64,000 nucleotides of DNA from Octopus sinensis. Its lineage: Eukaryota. The stretch is from the NCBI RefSeq assembly GCF_006345805.1, contig NC_043023.1, positions 14,942,001 through 15,006,000 on the forward strand. Direction: 5' to 3'. A program made the translations under genes and the position numbers. The notes beneath the pieces were generated by a model. The model was not told where the DNA came from, searched no databases, and saw nothing but the letters and a program-made list of their open reading frames with translations. Of this stretch, positions 12,782 to 26,669 are shown piece by piece. Positions within the stretch are counted from its first letter, which is position 1. Each line of letters opens with the position of its first letter.

Positions 12782-13205
12782 GGGTGAGTGTGAGAGTGGG
12801 TGAGTGTGAGGGTAGGTGAGTGTGAGGTTGGTGAGTGTGAGGGTTGGTGAGTGTGAGGGTTGGTGAGTGTGAGGGTTGGTGAGTGTGAGGGTTGGTGAGT
12901 GTGAGGGTTGGTGAGTGTGAGGGTTGGTGAGTGTGAGGGTTGGTGAGTGTGAGGGTTGGTGAGTGTGAGGTTGGTGAGTGTGAGGGTTGGTGAGTGTGAG
13001 GGTTGGTGAGTGTGAGGGTTGGTGAGTGTGAGGGTTGGTGAGTGTGAGGGTAGGTGAGTGTGAGGGTAGGTGAGTGTGAGGGTTGGTGAGTGTGAGGGTT
13101 GGTGAGTGTGAGGGTTGGTGAGTGTGAGGGTTGGTGAGTGTGAGGGTTGGTGAGTGTGAGGGTTGGTGAGTGTGAGGGTTGGTGAGTGTGAGGGTTGGTG
13201 AGTGG
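12782..13205. repeat. 16-bp G-rich minisatellite (GGGTTGGTGAGTGTGA)n, about 26 copies
   Basis: Near-perfect 16-bp periodicity with occasional GGGTAGG variants. Confidence 0.95.
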
Positions 13206-14439
13206 GCGAGTGTGAGAGAGAGATCATTGTCTATTCATGCCTGAGGAAGACTACCACCGACTTAAAGAACACATGCTTCAATCATTGACTATTTTTTTAA
13301 GCCTGCCAGGCAGACCTTACACAAAGCTGCAGGTGCAAGACTTCTTTCATGTACTGCACATTATGCAATCTTCTGTCAGGAACAGATTGTAGCCAACATT
13401 ATGTCAGACTGACCTGATGACTTTGTCAGTGATTGCTGACTGCCCAGTCTTGAAAAGACAAGTTCACTCCACCCACTTTACACATCATATCTTGGCATGG
13501 CTGTGTGGTAAGTTGCTTGTTTACCAACCACATGGTTCTGGGTTCAGTCCCACTATGTAGCACCTTGGGCAAGTGTCTTCTACTATAGCCTCGGGCCAAC
13601 TTAAGCCTTGTGAGTGGATTTGGTAGACGGAAACTGAAAAGAAGCCCGTCATATATATGTATGTGTGTCTGTGTTTGTTCCACAACATCGCTTGACAACT
13701 GATGCCGGTGTGTTACGTCCCCGTAACTTAGCGGTTCGGCAAAAGAGACCGATAGATTAAGTACTAGGCTTACAAAGAATAAGTCCTGGGGTCGATGTGC
13801 TCAACTAAAGACGGTGCTCCAGCATGGCCACATTCAAATGACTGAAACAAGTAAAAGAGTACATGTTGATAAATTCTGCATAATATTTTTATCTTTTACT
13901 TGTTTCAGTTGTGAGACTGCGGCCATGCTGGGACATCACCTTGACAAATTTTTAATCAAATGGTACTTATTCTATCAGTATCTCTTGCCGAACCGTTAAG
14001 TTACGGGGATGTAATCACCACCAACACTGATTATCAAGTAGTTGAGGAGGACAAACACAGACAAAGACTCACACACACAATGTGCATGTTTAATGAGCTT
14101 CTTTCAGTTTCCATCTACCAAATCCACCTCACAAAGCTTTGGTCAGCCTGAGGCTATAGTAGAAGACACTTGCCCAAGGTGCCACACAGTGGGACTGAAC
14201 CCGGAACCGTGTGGTTGGTAAGCAAGCTACTTACCACAGAACCACTCCTGCACCTATATATATATATATATATATATATATGACAGGCTTCTTTCAGTTT
14301 CCATCTACCAAATCCACCTCACGAAGCTTTGGTCAGCCCGAGGCTATAGTAGAAGACACTTGCCCAAGGTGCCACACAGTGGGAATGAACCCGGAACCGT
14401 GTGGTTGGTAAGCAAGCTACTTACCACACACTCCTGCAC

Positions 14440-14478
<39 letters not shown>

Positions 14479-14871
14479 GATGGGCTTCTTTCAGTTTCCA
14501 TCTACCAAATCCACTCACAAGGCTTTGGTCGGCCAGTAGAAAACACTTGCCCAAGGTGCCAGACAGTGGGACTGAACCCTGAACCATGTGGTTGGAAAGC
14601 AAGCCTCTCACCATGTAGCCACGCCTGGCTTGTAATCAAGTGCTTCTGAGTTCAGTCCCACTGTGTGGCACTTCGGGCAAGTGTCTATACTATTATAGCC
14701 CAGCACTGACCAATGCCTTCTAAGTAAATATGGTAGACAGAAACTGCATGGAAGCCCATTTACATAAATGTGTGTTGTTTGTTCCCTCCCACTGTTTGAC
14801 AACCAGTGTCAGTTTGTCTATATCCTTGTAACTTAGCAGTTTGACTGATACAAAAGCACTGACATTAAACA

Positions 14872-14904
<33 letters not shown>

Positions 14905-14909
<5 letters not shown>

Positions 14910-15430
14910 TTATATAAAATCCGTTCTGTCTGTGTGTCTTCTAGGATTTCGGGCATCGTCCATCCAATTGCGCTCAATTTGCGGCAAGCTGGGAGAATCG
15001 TTAGCACGCCGGGTGAAATGCTTAGCGGTATTTCATCTCCCGCTACGTTCTGAGTTCAAATTCCGCCGAGGTCAACTTTGCCTTTCATCCCTTTCGGGGT
15101 CGATTAAATAAGTACCAGTTACGCACTGGGGTCGATATAATTGACTTAATCCGTTTGTCTGTCCTTGTTTGTCCTCTCTGTGTATAGCCCCTTGTGGGCA
15201 GTAAAGAAATAGGTATCAGGGCGTGTATAAGTCTTGAAAAAAATTACAAAAATCGATTCCAGGTGAGAATGTGATCGATAAAACCGTGGGAATGTGCATT
15301 TGTACACACAAGTACATCAGCTGTTGCGATTGATACTACGCATATGCAAGAAAAATGCACGTGCAGTTTGCGTAAAAAGCCGGCTGACTTGGAATAATGC
15401 CACAAAAAGCAGTATATTTAAGAGACCAAA
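14905..15430 (+). mobile_element. Helitron-like non-autonomous repeat (second copy inverted at about 22680-23019), with a SINE B inserted at about 14982-15212
   Basis: TATTATATAAAATCCGTTCTGTCTGTGTGTC start; body matches the reverse complement of 22680-23019. Helitron class is inferred from the 5' end style only. Confidence 0.55.
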
Positions 15431-15814
15431 AAAGTAAGATGCAAAAGAGATATTTTCTTCAAACTGGGCATGAAGGAAGGGAAGACTATTTGGTTTCTCA
15501 AGAAGTTATTAAAACTCCACATTGATAAAGGGCAGATACCCTGAAACTAGTCTGTGGATATCTGAACCAGCATGGGGAAGCTGATGACCTCCCTTGTTCG
15601 AAGGTTGTAATGGACACAGATTTGTGTGTCACATAGCTAGCTAGAGGTGATGGCCTCTTGGAGCTAATCAACGGCAGCATTCGTCCTATTTTTCTAGACT
15701 GCCATGTTAGCTTGGTGATAACTATTAATACTCAGTACTGCTACCGTAGTCTCCTTTAGAGAGATTTAGAAATAATAAATAATATATATATATATATATA
15801 TAATATATATATAT

Positions 15815-15979
15815 AGTTAATCCAAACATGAAAACACAACGCGAGGACGTGTTATTGGACGCTCAGGAAAGAAGGAGAATTTAACATTTCAAGCGGAGCT
15901 ATTCATCAGAAACATAGGAAAAAGGAAAAGTCCAAGGAAGGGAAGACAGAGAAAGAAAATCGACAATGATACACATGCG

Positions 15980-15985
<6 letters not shown>
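15815..15985 (-). mobile_element. Penelope-like element terminal fragment with a decayed minimal hammerhead motif
   Basis: Minus strand 15913-15878 reads GTTT-CTGATGA-ATAGCTCCGCTT-GAAA-TGTTAAA; homologous to 27448-27630; flanked by (TA)n. Confidence 0.6.
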
Positions 15986-16029
<44 letters not shown>

Positions 16030-16415
16030 CACACACACACACGTATATATGTATATAGATATCATTTAACATCCACTTTTCCATGCTTGCATGGAACAGC
16101 TGAAATTTCCATGCTGGGGCAGTGCCTTTAGGAACTTTTAGCTGAGTGAATAGACCCCAGTACTTCAAAGTCTGGTGCTTATTTTAACAAGGTTGTAACA
16201 GAAGACACTTGCCAAAGGTGCCGTGCAGTGGGACTGAACCTAGAACCATGTGGTTGAGAAGCAAGTTTCTTACCACAAGTCAACTTTGCTGTTGGAGGGG
16301 GTTTGATGCGATTAACTTACCCCACCACCACTAAATTTGCAGGTCTATTGCTAAAATTTGAAGCAATTATTATATGGTGCAATAGTTCTGTCAATAGTCT
16401 TGTATGGCAGCAAAG

Positions 16416-16804
16416 GCGGAGGCGCAATGGCCCAGTGGTTAGGGCAGCGGACTCGCGGTTGTAGGATCGCGGTTTCGATTCCCAGACCGGGCGTTGTGAG
16501 TATTTATTGAGCGAAAACACCTAAAAGCTCCATGAGGCTCCGGCAGGGGATGGTGGTGATCCCTGCTGTACTCTTTCACCACAACTTTATTTCGCTCTTA
16601 CTTCCTGTTTCTGTTGTACCTGTATTTCAAAGGGCCGGCCTTGTCACTCTCTGTGTCACGCTGAATATCCCAGAGAACTACGTTAAGGGTACACGTGTCT
16701 GTGGAGTGCTCAGCCACTTACACGTTAATTTCACGAGCAGGCTGTTCCGTTGATTCGGATCAACCGGAACCCTCGTCGTCGTAACTGACGGAGTGCTTCC
16801 ATCC
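16416..16804 (+). mobile_element. Young full-length tRNA-derived SINE (family C)
   Basis: A box TGGCCCAGTGG, B box GGTTTCGATTCC, (TCCA)n tail, 12-bp TSD ATGGCAGCAAAG (16404-16415, 16805-16816). Confidence 0.92.
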
Positions 16805-17339
16805 ATGGCAGCAAAGAATGGAAATTGTCAGCGAAGGTGACTAACAAGCCAAACACATTCTACCAGTGATGTCTATGGAAAAACCTCCAAGTCACCTAAT
16901 ACGGTAAAATTACAAATCTCTTTTTACTCTTTTACTTGTTTCAGTCATTTGACTGCGGCCATGCTGGAGCACCGCCTTTAGTCAAGCAAAATGACCCCAG
17001 GACTTATTCTTTGTAAGCCTAGTACTTATTCTTTCAGTCTCTTTTGCCAAACTGCTAAGTTACGGGGATGTAAACAAACCAGCATCAGTTGTCAAGTGAT
17101 GTTGGGGGGACAAACACAGACACACAAACATACATACACATACATATATATATGACGGGTTTCTTTCAGTTTCTGTCTACCAAATTCACTCACAAAGCTT
17201 TGGTCGGCCCGAGGTTATAGTAGAAGACACTTGCACAAGATGCCACGCAGTGGGACTGAACATGGAACCATGTGGTTGGTAAGCAAGCTACTTACCACAC
17301 AGCCACTTCTACGCCTATATGGGGAAATTTTTCTGCAAA

Positions 17340-18020
17340 ATGAACCCTATCAACTACAAAACATCATCGCACTGTGTTGGTTCCACCTGGCAGGTCACAT
17401 CTTGTACCTACCAGCCAACCAGCATGCAAGGACTGCAGTGGAATAAACAGGCACTGGAAAGAAAAACAGAGAATGGACTGACCCAAGAAGGACTCAAATG
17501 CACAAGGACCAGTTTGGCAGAAGTAGAGAGAACTTTAGAAGACTGACCATGCTAGAGCGACCTTGCTGGCTTATGCCCACAACATGGGACAACCCAAGTC
17601 AAATTAGTGTGACATTGGCTTGCGAAGACCTGTTGGGGCAAGTGAAATCGGAATCGAAATTGAACCAATCCTATGACTGGCACCCGGCAGATGCCAGGAC
17701 CTCTGGACTGGAGATACGTAAAAAGCACTATGCGAATCGTGGCCGATGCCAGCGCCACCTCGACTGGCTTCCGTGTCGGTGGCACGTAAAAAGCACCATC
17801 CGAATCGTAGCCGAAGCCAGTGCCGCCTCGACTGGCTTCCGTGCAGGTGGCACATAAAATGCACCCACTACATTCACGGAGTGGTTGGCGTTAGGAAGGG
17901 CATCCAGCTGTAGAAACTGCCAGATCAGACTGGGCCTGGTGCAGCCTTCTGGCTTCCCAGATCTCCGGTCGAACCGTCCAACCCATGGAGAACGGACGTT
18001 AAATGATGATGATGATGATT
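17340..18020 (+). mobile_element. Old RTE C-terminal coding remnant plus RTE 3' UTR with (GAT)n tail
   Basis: WFHLAGHILYLPANQHARTA resembles the RTE C-terminal AGHILRLP motif; ends in GGACGTTAAATGATGATGATGAT. Confidence 0.55.
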
Positions 18021-19042
18021 GTTTCTAATTTCACATTTAAGGAGTTCTCTCTCTATCTGGAAACAGAAATTCCAGTTTAGGTTGTTTTCTGGTAATTTTG
18101 CATTTAAATTCTTTCAAATTTTGACAACACCAACCTGTCACAGAATAGCGTAATTATGGATAATTATGTGTAATCAACTTCTTCAGAATATCCAAAAAGA
18201 TTTTTAGAGTTTGTGGCTATTCCTTCAAGTAATATCTGGATTCCGTTCTACTACATGGCACCTTTGGTAAGGGTCTTCAGCTTTAGCCTTGATAGAATAA
18301 TTACAAGGTTTTGAAAAAAAAAAAGTTCTGGGATTGAGTCGTTCAACTAAAGATTTTTCAAGGCATCGCTGCAGTCTAATGATTGTAACAAGTCAAAGAT
18401 GTTCTAATGATTCTGCCAGCTTGCTACCCTAAATTGTACTCTCTTTACTCTTTTACTTGTTTCAGTCATTTGACTGCGGCCATGCTGGAGTACCGCCTTT
18501 AGTCGAGCAAATCTACCCCAGGACTTATTCTTTGTAAGCCTAGTACTTATTCTATCGGCCTCTTTTGCCGAACTGCTATGTTACGGGGACGTAAACACAC
18601 CACCATTGGTTGTCAAGCATTGGTGGGACAAACACAGACACACACATACATATATATACACATACATACGACAGACTTCCTTCAGTTTCCATCTACCAAA
18701 TCTACTCACAAGGCTTTCATCAGCCCGAGGCTATAGTAGAAGACACTTGCCCAAGGTGCCATGCAGTGGGAATGAACCTGGAACCACTACGTACTTTATC
18801 AACCCCAAAAGGACGAAAGGCAAATGATGCTGGTTGTACCAGACCAATAGAAGCTTGAAGGACAAGAGTGTAGGACTGGCTCTGAATGAACCATGTCCAC
18901 TACAATAATTAATATCCTTCATCCAGGTTGTTCAGCAAACCAAGACATCAATTTTGAAGTACGAGAGAGTAGGACTGGCTCATCATAATTGACACCCACT
19001 ATAATATTTTTCATGCAGGTCATTCGGCAAATCAAGACACCG

Positions 19043-19620
19043 GCATCAATACCTATTTCTTTACTACCCACAAGGGGCTAAACACAGAGGGGACAAACAA
19101 GGACAGACATAGGTATTAAGTCAATTACATCGACCCCAGTGCATAACTGGTACTTAATTTATCAACCCCGAAAGGATGAAAGGCAAAGTCGACCTCGGCG
19201 GAATTTGAAATCAGAACGTAGCGGCAGTGGAAATGCCTATTTCTTTACTACCCACAAGGGGCTAAACACCGAGAGGACAAACAAAGGGATTAAGTCGATT
19301 ACATTGACCCCAGTGCGTAACTGGTACTTATTTAATTGACCCCAAAAGGATGAAAGGCAAAGTTGACCTCGGCGGAATTTGAACTCAGAACGTAGCGGCA
19401 GCGGAAATACCTATTTCTTTACTACCCACAAGGGGCTAAACACAGAGAGGACAAACAAGGACAGACAAATGGATAAAGTCGATTACATCGACCCCAGTGC
19501 ATAACCGGTACTTAATTTATCGACCCCGAAAGGATGAAAGGCAAAGTCGACCTCGGCGGAATTTGAACTCAGAACGTAACGGCAGACGAAATACGGCTAT
19601 GCATTTCGCCCGGTGTGCTA
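19043..19620 (-). mobile_element. SINE family B trimer
   Basis: Three consecutive modules with junctions GGAAAT(G/A)CCTATTTCTTT at about 19235 and 19405. Confidence 0.85.
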
Positions 19621-19977
19621 TACCATCACGCTCACAGACACCACAGCTGACCCAGGACAGATGAAACCCTTCAGCCCTTTAGCTGCTCATCTTAGAAGGT
19701 AACTATACAAATCCAGCATCCTGGTAAGTACAGGGCTCATGGCACTTGTTGCACCAGTCCAATACAAGCTTGAAGGAAAAGAGAGGAAGACTGGCTCTAC
19801 ACAATTTATGCCTATTATAATGGTTTCAAATTTTTCCAGAAAGGTACCTATTTTATGGACCCTGAAAGGATGAAAAGTAAAGTTGACCTCAGTGAAATTT
19901 GAACTCAGAACATAGCAACAGGCTAAGCATTTCGTCTGGCGCGGTAACAATTCTGCCAGTTTGCTGCTTTAATTTAT

Positions 19978-20292
19978 ATTGTTGTTGCTGTTTGTTCCTT
20001 CTCGAGCCATGCCTGGCTCATAAGGGCCGGTTTCCCGGTTTCCTTAGCATATAGGTTCCCCACCTGGACTGGATGCCGGTCTGTCACAGGTGAGCTGCAA
20101 GATACAGGAGGAAAGAGTGAGAGAAAATGTTGTGGCGAAAGGGTCAGCAGAAGTTCGCCATCACCTTCTGCCGGAGCCGCATGGAGCTTAGGTGTTTCGC
20201 TCATAAACACACACATCACCTGGTCTGAGATTCAAACCCGCAACCCCTCGACCGCGAGTCCGCTACTCTAACCACTAGGCCATGTGCCTCCA
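19978..20292 (-). mobile_element. tRNA-headed SINE with an alternative 3' tail ending in (AAC)n
   Basis: Head homologous to 16416; 3' end CCCTTATGAGCCAGGCATGGCTCGAGAAGGAAC is shared with 30656-30903. Confidence 0.75.
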
Positions 20293-20659
20293 CTGTTGAC
20301 ATTGTCATAGCAGGAGATTATTCTCTCGCCAAAGCACTGCCATAGCAATTGCATTGTTTCTCTTGCAGTATGAGCAGTTGGCCCATCTTGCTGGAACCAT
20401 GTGTAAGGTTTGCTTTGAATGACTTTTACATTCCCCAGACTTGACTAACCCGGATTTTTTCTTATGGGGATACCTGAAAGAGAGGGTTTACCGCAACAAA
20501 CCAGAGACCCCGGGCAGCTGATGGAGAACATCTGCATAAACACACACATCACCTGGTCTGAGATTCAAACTCCCGATCCCTCGAACGCGAGTCCACTGCA
20601 CTAACCATTAGGTCATGTGCCTCCACTTCAATTTATATAATAATAAAATTCAGCAGTGG

Positions 20660-21160
20660 AGCCCCACAGCATATACTGGTTCCGTACCCCCTTGAGCAAC
20701 ATCAAATTCACTCATCCATTCACAAACACTCTCCAATCTTTCCTATCATTTATAAACTCTCTTGCCTCTCTTACTCCAACACCTCTAACCACCAAAGCTT
20801 TCCTCATTCCATCCATCTACACAAACCAAGGTCTGCCTCTGGTTCTGCCGCCTACCACTTCAGACTCCATCACACTCCTTCCCATCCACTCCTCATCCAT
20901 CCTCTCCATGTGGCTAAACCACCTCACCATTCCTCTATCCAATTTGGTTGTAAGTTTTTCTCTCATTCTTGCTCTTCTTAGCCCCTCCAAATTCCTCATC
21001 CTGTCAACACCAACCTTAGCTCTCATCCCAAAACACACCTAGTCATCTGCTTTCTGCCTTGCTCAGCCCCCACATCTCTGCACCATATAACATTGTTGAC
21101 ACTACCATGCCCTCATACACACACCCTTTTTCGCTTTCATATTGGGGGTGGCATTCTATG
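20660..21160 (-). pseudogene. RTE-clade LINE, C-terminal end of the ORF plus 3' UTR
   Basis: Minus strand reads ...TMLYGAEMW...MVRWFSHMERMDEEWMGRSVMESEVVGGRTRGRPWFV.WMDG, matching the RTE WFGHVERM...RGRP motif; contains stops. Confidence 0.8.
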
Positions 21161-22353
21161 CCTTGACCCGAGCATAGAATAGGGCTCGCTTCTTTGAGCT
21201 GGGAAATGAATGGGATGCCTGATGTGTCTAGTTCTTGCTACCCGCTCCTAGAAAAGGCCTGGCTTTATATATGTGTGTGTGTGTATATATATATATATAC
21301 ATATTGTGTATATATATATATATATTGCTGAACAGCTTGTATCATGAATATTATATATACATTTATATATTCTTTTACTTGTTTCAGTCATTTGACTGCG
21401 GCCATGCTGGAGCACTGCCTTTAGTCAAGCAAATCGACCACAGGACCTATTCTTTGTAAGCCTAGTACTTATTCTATCGGTCTCTTTTGTCAAACCGCTA
21501 AGTTACGGAGAACATAAACACACCACCATCGGTTGTCAAGTGATGTTGTGGGGACAAACACAGATACAAACATATACACACATACATACATATATATATG
21601 ACGGGCTTCTTTCAGTTTCCGTCTACCAAATCCACTCACAAGGCTTTGGTCAGCCCAAGGCTATAATAGAAGACACTTGCCCAAGGTGCCACATAGTGGG
21701 ACTGAACCTGGAACCATGTGGTTGGTAAGCAAGCTACTTACCATATGTGTGTTTGTGAATATATATATTATTTATGATGCAAGCTGTTCAGCAAATCAAG
21801 ACACCACCACCATTTCTTCATAAGAACACTGCAACTGTGTCTTACCAAATCCTCAATTATCAACAAGAGAGTCAAGCTTTATATACACACACACAAATAC
21901 ATCTAACATTATGAACTGAACCCGAAAGATTGCTTGGAGATGCATGTTATGTTATATAAATCTAACAATTTATAGCATCTCTAAAGCATGAAAATATTAG
22001 CATCTCTTTTGTAATTGTGCATGGCTGTGTGCTGTGTTCTTGAGCAAGACACTTTATTTCACATTGCACCAGTTCACTCAGCTGTAGAAATAAGTTGCGA
22101 CGTCACTGGTGCCAAGCTGTATCGGTCATTGACTTTCGCTTGGATAATATCAACAGCATGGAGAATGGAGGATTGCATGTACAGACAACTGCTGGTCTCC
22201 CATAAACAACCTTGCCCAGACTTGAGCGTTGGTAGAGAACTTTCTAGGTACAATCCCATGGTCATCTAGTCTTAAACACCTCTGTGATGAACTGTAGGAC
22301 TATGATGAATAGGAGAACTGAGCCTTCATGAAACCTTACCTTCACACTAATAA

Positions 22354-22403
<50 letters not shown>

Positions 22404-23019
22404 TATATATATATTTCTTTACTACCCACAAAGGGCTAAACACAGAGGGGACAAACAAGGACAGACAAATGGGTTAAGTCGATTACATTGACGCCAGTGC
22501 GTAACTGGTACTTAATTTATCGACCCTGAAAGGATGAAAGGCAAAGTCGACCTCGGCAGAATTTGAACCCAGAACGTAACGACAGACAAAATATGGCTAC
22601 ACATTTCACGCGGAGTGCTAACGTTTCTGCCAGCTCGTATATATATATATGAGCAAAATGCCCCCTATCCAATGGATGGTGCTGAGTTGTCAAACATTTA
22701 AACCAAATTTTCTCAAAACCATCCCATTTTGTGGCATTATTTCAAGCCAGCCGGCTTTTTTTGCGCCAACTGCACGTGCATTTTTCTCGTGTACGCGTAG
22801 TATCGATCGCTACAGCTGATGTACTTGCGTGGCGTACAAATGCACGTTCCCATGGCTTTATCGATCGCATTCTCACCTGGAATTGATTTTTGTAATTTTT
22901 TCAAAACTTATAGCTGCCCTGATAGCGTCGGTATCTACATACTAAATTTGAGCGCAATCGGACGGAGGATGCCAGAAATCCTAGAAGACACACACAGATA
23001 GAATGGATTTTATATAATA

Positions 23020-23534
23020 CTAGCAGTATCGCCCGGCGTTGCTCGGGTTTCTAAGGGAAATAACTATATAAGCATTTTTAGAGAGTTACTTCCCTTATAG
23101 ATGCCAATTCGGGCTTTCTTAGCCATTTCTGTTTTGGTGTCTTCAAGCCATGAAGTCGTTGTTCTAAAAGAACGCTGGTCTCCTTGACAACGCTTTACGA
23201 CGTTGATTTCTTTACACTCCCTTCCCCACAGCTTCACGAGGGAGGGAAGAAGGGGGAGAAGCAAACAGGTGCAGGTGTTTGAGCATGGACGCCAACTCCG
23301 CCGCCATCGACACACGAAAAATTATGCCTTAAAATGGAATAAAAAATGATGTTAAATCATTTTTAAAATCGTAGACTCATCGTAGACGCGCGCTAATACT
23401 CAGACGGGCTCGATATGAATCATGACTATAAGATACCCGAATTTGGTTAAACTGAACCGCAAAATGTGGGAGTAGTTAGGAATCTAAATCGAAGGGGACA
23501 GACACTCACACAACTACAGTTTTATATATATAGA
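23020..23534 (-). mobile_element. Non-autonomous Helitron, complete
   Basis: Minus strand A|TCTATATATATAAAAC...CCCGAGCAACGCCGGG hairpin...CTAG|T; canonical TC/CTAG ends inserted in an AT dinucleotide, no TSD. Confidence 0.85.
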
Positions 23535-24363
23535 TATATATATTTAATAATATCAGGGTAATAAAGATTTTAGAAATTTTTACTACCAGTGGCCCAGCAT
23601 ATAGAAAAATTAGTCAATAGACTATATATTATTCATATAAAATAATGTACATTTAAACACATTAAGAGGTATCCATCATAGGACTCCCTTACGCTAGAAG
23701 GAACAGCTAAAGTCCAAACCACTAATTTCATTCCCTTCGAGAATTTATCCAGCCAAAATATTCTATGCCGGTGACATGTAGAAAAGTACTGGCATGTCGG
23801 CAATATGTGAAAGGGCACCTGTGTGCCGGTGACATGTGAAAGGGCACCAGAGTGCCAGTGACACCTGAAAGGGCATCTGTGTGCCAGCGACACTGGAAAG
23901 GGCATCTGTGCCAGCGACACAGGAAAAATTTATAGTTGACCAGGTGCTAAATGGTATACATAAACATAAATCGTCCTCATCAATTTTTTTTTTCCATGCT
24001 GATATTGGTTAGATCAGGGGTTCCCAACCTTATTTTGCTTTTGGACCCCCACCCCCTGAAACAAGTGAAAGATAAAAGACAGATACCCCTGTGAAAAAAT
24101 ACAGGCATGAACATCACCTAACACCCCACCACCACCAAGATCCAGATGAAGTCAAAATTGAGCCCCTACATGGTCAAAGAAAATGCTAGAAATAGCAGCC
24201 AAATCTCCCAAAAGTCACACCTAACCAGCTTTCATAAATAGCAGAACAGAGGCTATAGTAGAAGACATTAGCCCAAAGTGCCATTCAGAGGGGCTGAACA
24301 TAAAATATATACATGTATAGCATGTATGGGCCTTATTTTATCTGCCTCTCCCTGAGACATCAT

Positions 24364-24753
24364 GGAGGCGCAATGGCCCAGTGGTTAGGGCAGCGGACTC
24401 GCGGTCATAGGATCGCGGTTTCAATTCCCAGACCGAGCGTTGTGAGTGTTTATTGAGCGAAAACACCTAAAGCTCCACGAGGCTCTGGCAGGGGATGGTG
24501 GTGATCCCTGCTGTACTCTTTCACCACAACTTTCTCTCACTCTTACTTCCTGTTTTTCTTGTACCTGTATTTCAAAGGGCCGGCCTTGTCACTCTCTGTG
24601 TCACGCTGAATATCCCCAAGAACTACGTTAAGGGTACACGTGTCTGTGGAGTGCTCAGCCACTTACACGTTAATTTCACGAGCAGGCTGTTCCGTTGATC
24701 GGATCAACCGGAACCCTCGTCGTCGTAACCGACGGAGTGCTTCCATCCATCCA
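24364..24753 (+). mobile_element. Young full-length tRNA-derived SINE (family C), second copy
   Basis: Nearly identical to 16416-16804; (TCCA)n tail; 12-bp TSD TCCCTGAGACAT (24349-24360, 24754-24765). Confidence 0.92.
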
Positions 24754-24967
24754 TCCCTGAGACATTAAGTTACAAGAATGTAAATAAACCAACACCAGTT
24801 GTTAAGTAGTATCAGAAAGGGAGACATGCACATACATACATTACATACATGTGTGTATATAAAGGGCAAAGATCCCTTCGTTGTACCGCTAAGTTACGGG
24901 TACATAAACACACCAGCATCGATTGTCAAGTGATGGCGAGTGCACAGACACAAAGACACACACACGA

Positions 24968-25697
24968 ATACATACATATATGACAGGCTTCTTTCAGTTT
25001 CTATCTCCCAAATCCACTCACAAGTCTTTGGTCAGGCTGAGGGTATCGTAGAAGACACTCACCCAAGGTGTCATGTAGTAGGACTGAACCAAGAACCATG
25101 TGGTTGAGGCAAGCTTCTTATCACACAGCCACACCTGTATTTGCTTTGCATACATACATATACGACAGGCTTCTTTCAGTTTCTATCTCCCAAATCCACT
25201 CACAAGTCTTTGGTCGGGCTGAGGGTATCGTAGAAGACACTCACCCAAGGTGTCATGTAGTAGGACTGAACCAAGAACCATGTGGTTGAGGCAAGCTTCT
25301 TATCACACAGCCACACCTGTATTTGCTTTGCATACATACATATACGACAGGCTTCTTTCAGTTTCTATCTCCCAAATCCACTCACAAGTCTTTGGTCGGG
25401 CTGAGGGTATCGTAGAAGACACTCACCCAAGGTGTCATGTAGTAGGACTGAACCAAGAACCATGTGGTTGAGGCAAGCTTCTTATCACACAGCCACACCT
25501 GTATTTGCTTTGCATACATACATATACGACAGGCTTCTTTCAGTTTCTATCTCCCAAATCCACTCACAAGTCTTTGGTCGGGCTGAGGGTATCGTAGAAG
25601 ACACTCGTCCAAGGTGTCATGTAGTAGGACTGAACCTGGAACTATGTGGTTGGGAGGCAAACTTCTTATCAAACAGCCACACCTGTATTTGCTTTGT
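24968..25697 (-). repeat. 182-bp tandem repeat x4 derived from the SINE A 5' half
   Basis: Identical ORF starts at 25068, 25250 and 25432; private variants are shared by all four units. Confidence 0.95.
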
Positions 25698-26669
25698 AAG
25701 ATTCCTGATGTGAATGGGCAGAATGGACTAAACTGAACAGGAGGAGACACATGTGATAGAGAGTTGCTGAAGAGGTCACAGGAGGTGTGACAAAAGATTT
25801 CCAGACAAAGGACATAAAAATAAGAATAATACATCTGAAATGAAGAACAAATATGTAGTATAGGCGCAGGAGTGGCTGTGCGGTAAGTAGCTTGCTTACC
25901 AACCATATGGTTCTGGGTTCAATCCGACCTTGGGCAAGTATCTTCTACTGTAGCCTTGGGCTGACCAAAGCCTTGTGAGTGGATTTGGTAGACGGAAACT
26001 GAAAGAAGCCCGTCATATATATGTGTGTCTGTCTGTGTTTGTCCCCCCACCCCCAACATCACTTGACAACCAATGCTGGTGTGTTTATGTCCCCGTAACT
26101 TAGCGGTTCGGCAAAAGAGACCGATAGAATAAGTCCTGGGGTTGATTTGCTCGACTAAAGGCGGTGCTCCAGCATGGCCACAGTCAAATGACTGAAACAA
26201 GTAAAAGAGTAAAGAGAGAGGACATGTGTGGGGGAAGAAAAAAAACATCCCAAAATATAAAATATAGTATCGTCACCGATGCTAATGCTTTCTGACGGGC
26301 ACGTAAAAAGTACCATTCAAGCGCAGGGCTTCAGGGAGACAGTGACAGGTGACAGAGACCTTTGGTGATATACTGGGCTAGTGTAGACCTGTCAAACCAA
26401 TGCTGGGGTCACGTAAAAAGCATCTACTACACTCTTGGAGTGGATGGCGTTAGGAAGGGCATCCAGCCGTAAAAAACCATGCCAAATCAGATTGGAGCCC
26501 GGTGCAGCCTACTGGGTGACCAGTCTTCAGTCAAACCATCCAACCCATGACAGCATGGAAAGCGAATGTTAAATAATGATATATATTATCTTTTCGGTAT
26601 TCCAGTTATTGAACTGCAGCCATGCTGGAGCACCACCTTATAGGTTTCAGCTGAACAAACCAACTCCAG

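Noticed and set aside
12616-13227. 203-aa ORF
   Set aside because: Translation of the 16-bp minisatellite
16416-16495. tRNA gene candidate
   Set aside because: No acceptor-stem closure; continues into a SINE body with tail and TSD. The same applies at 24364 and 62593
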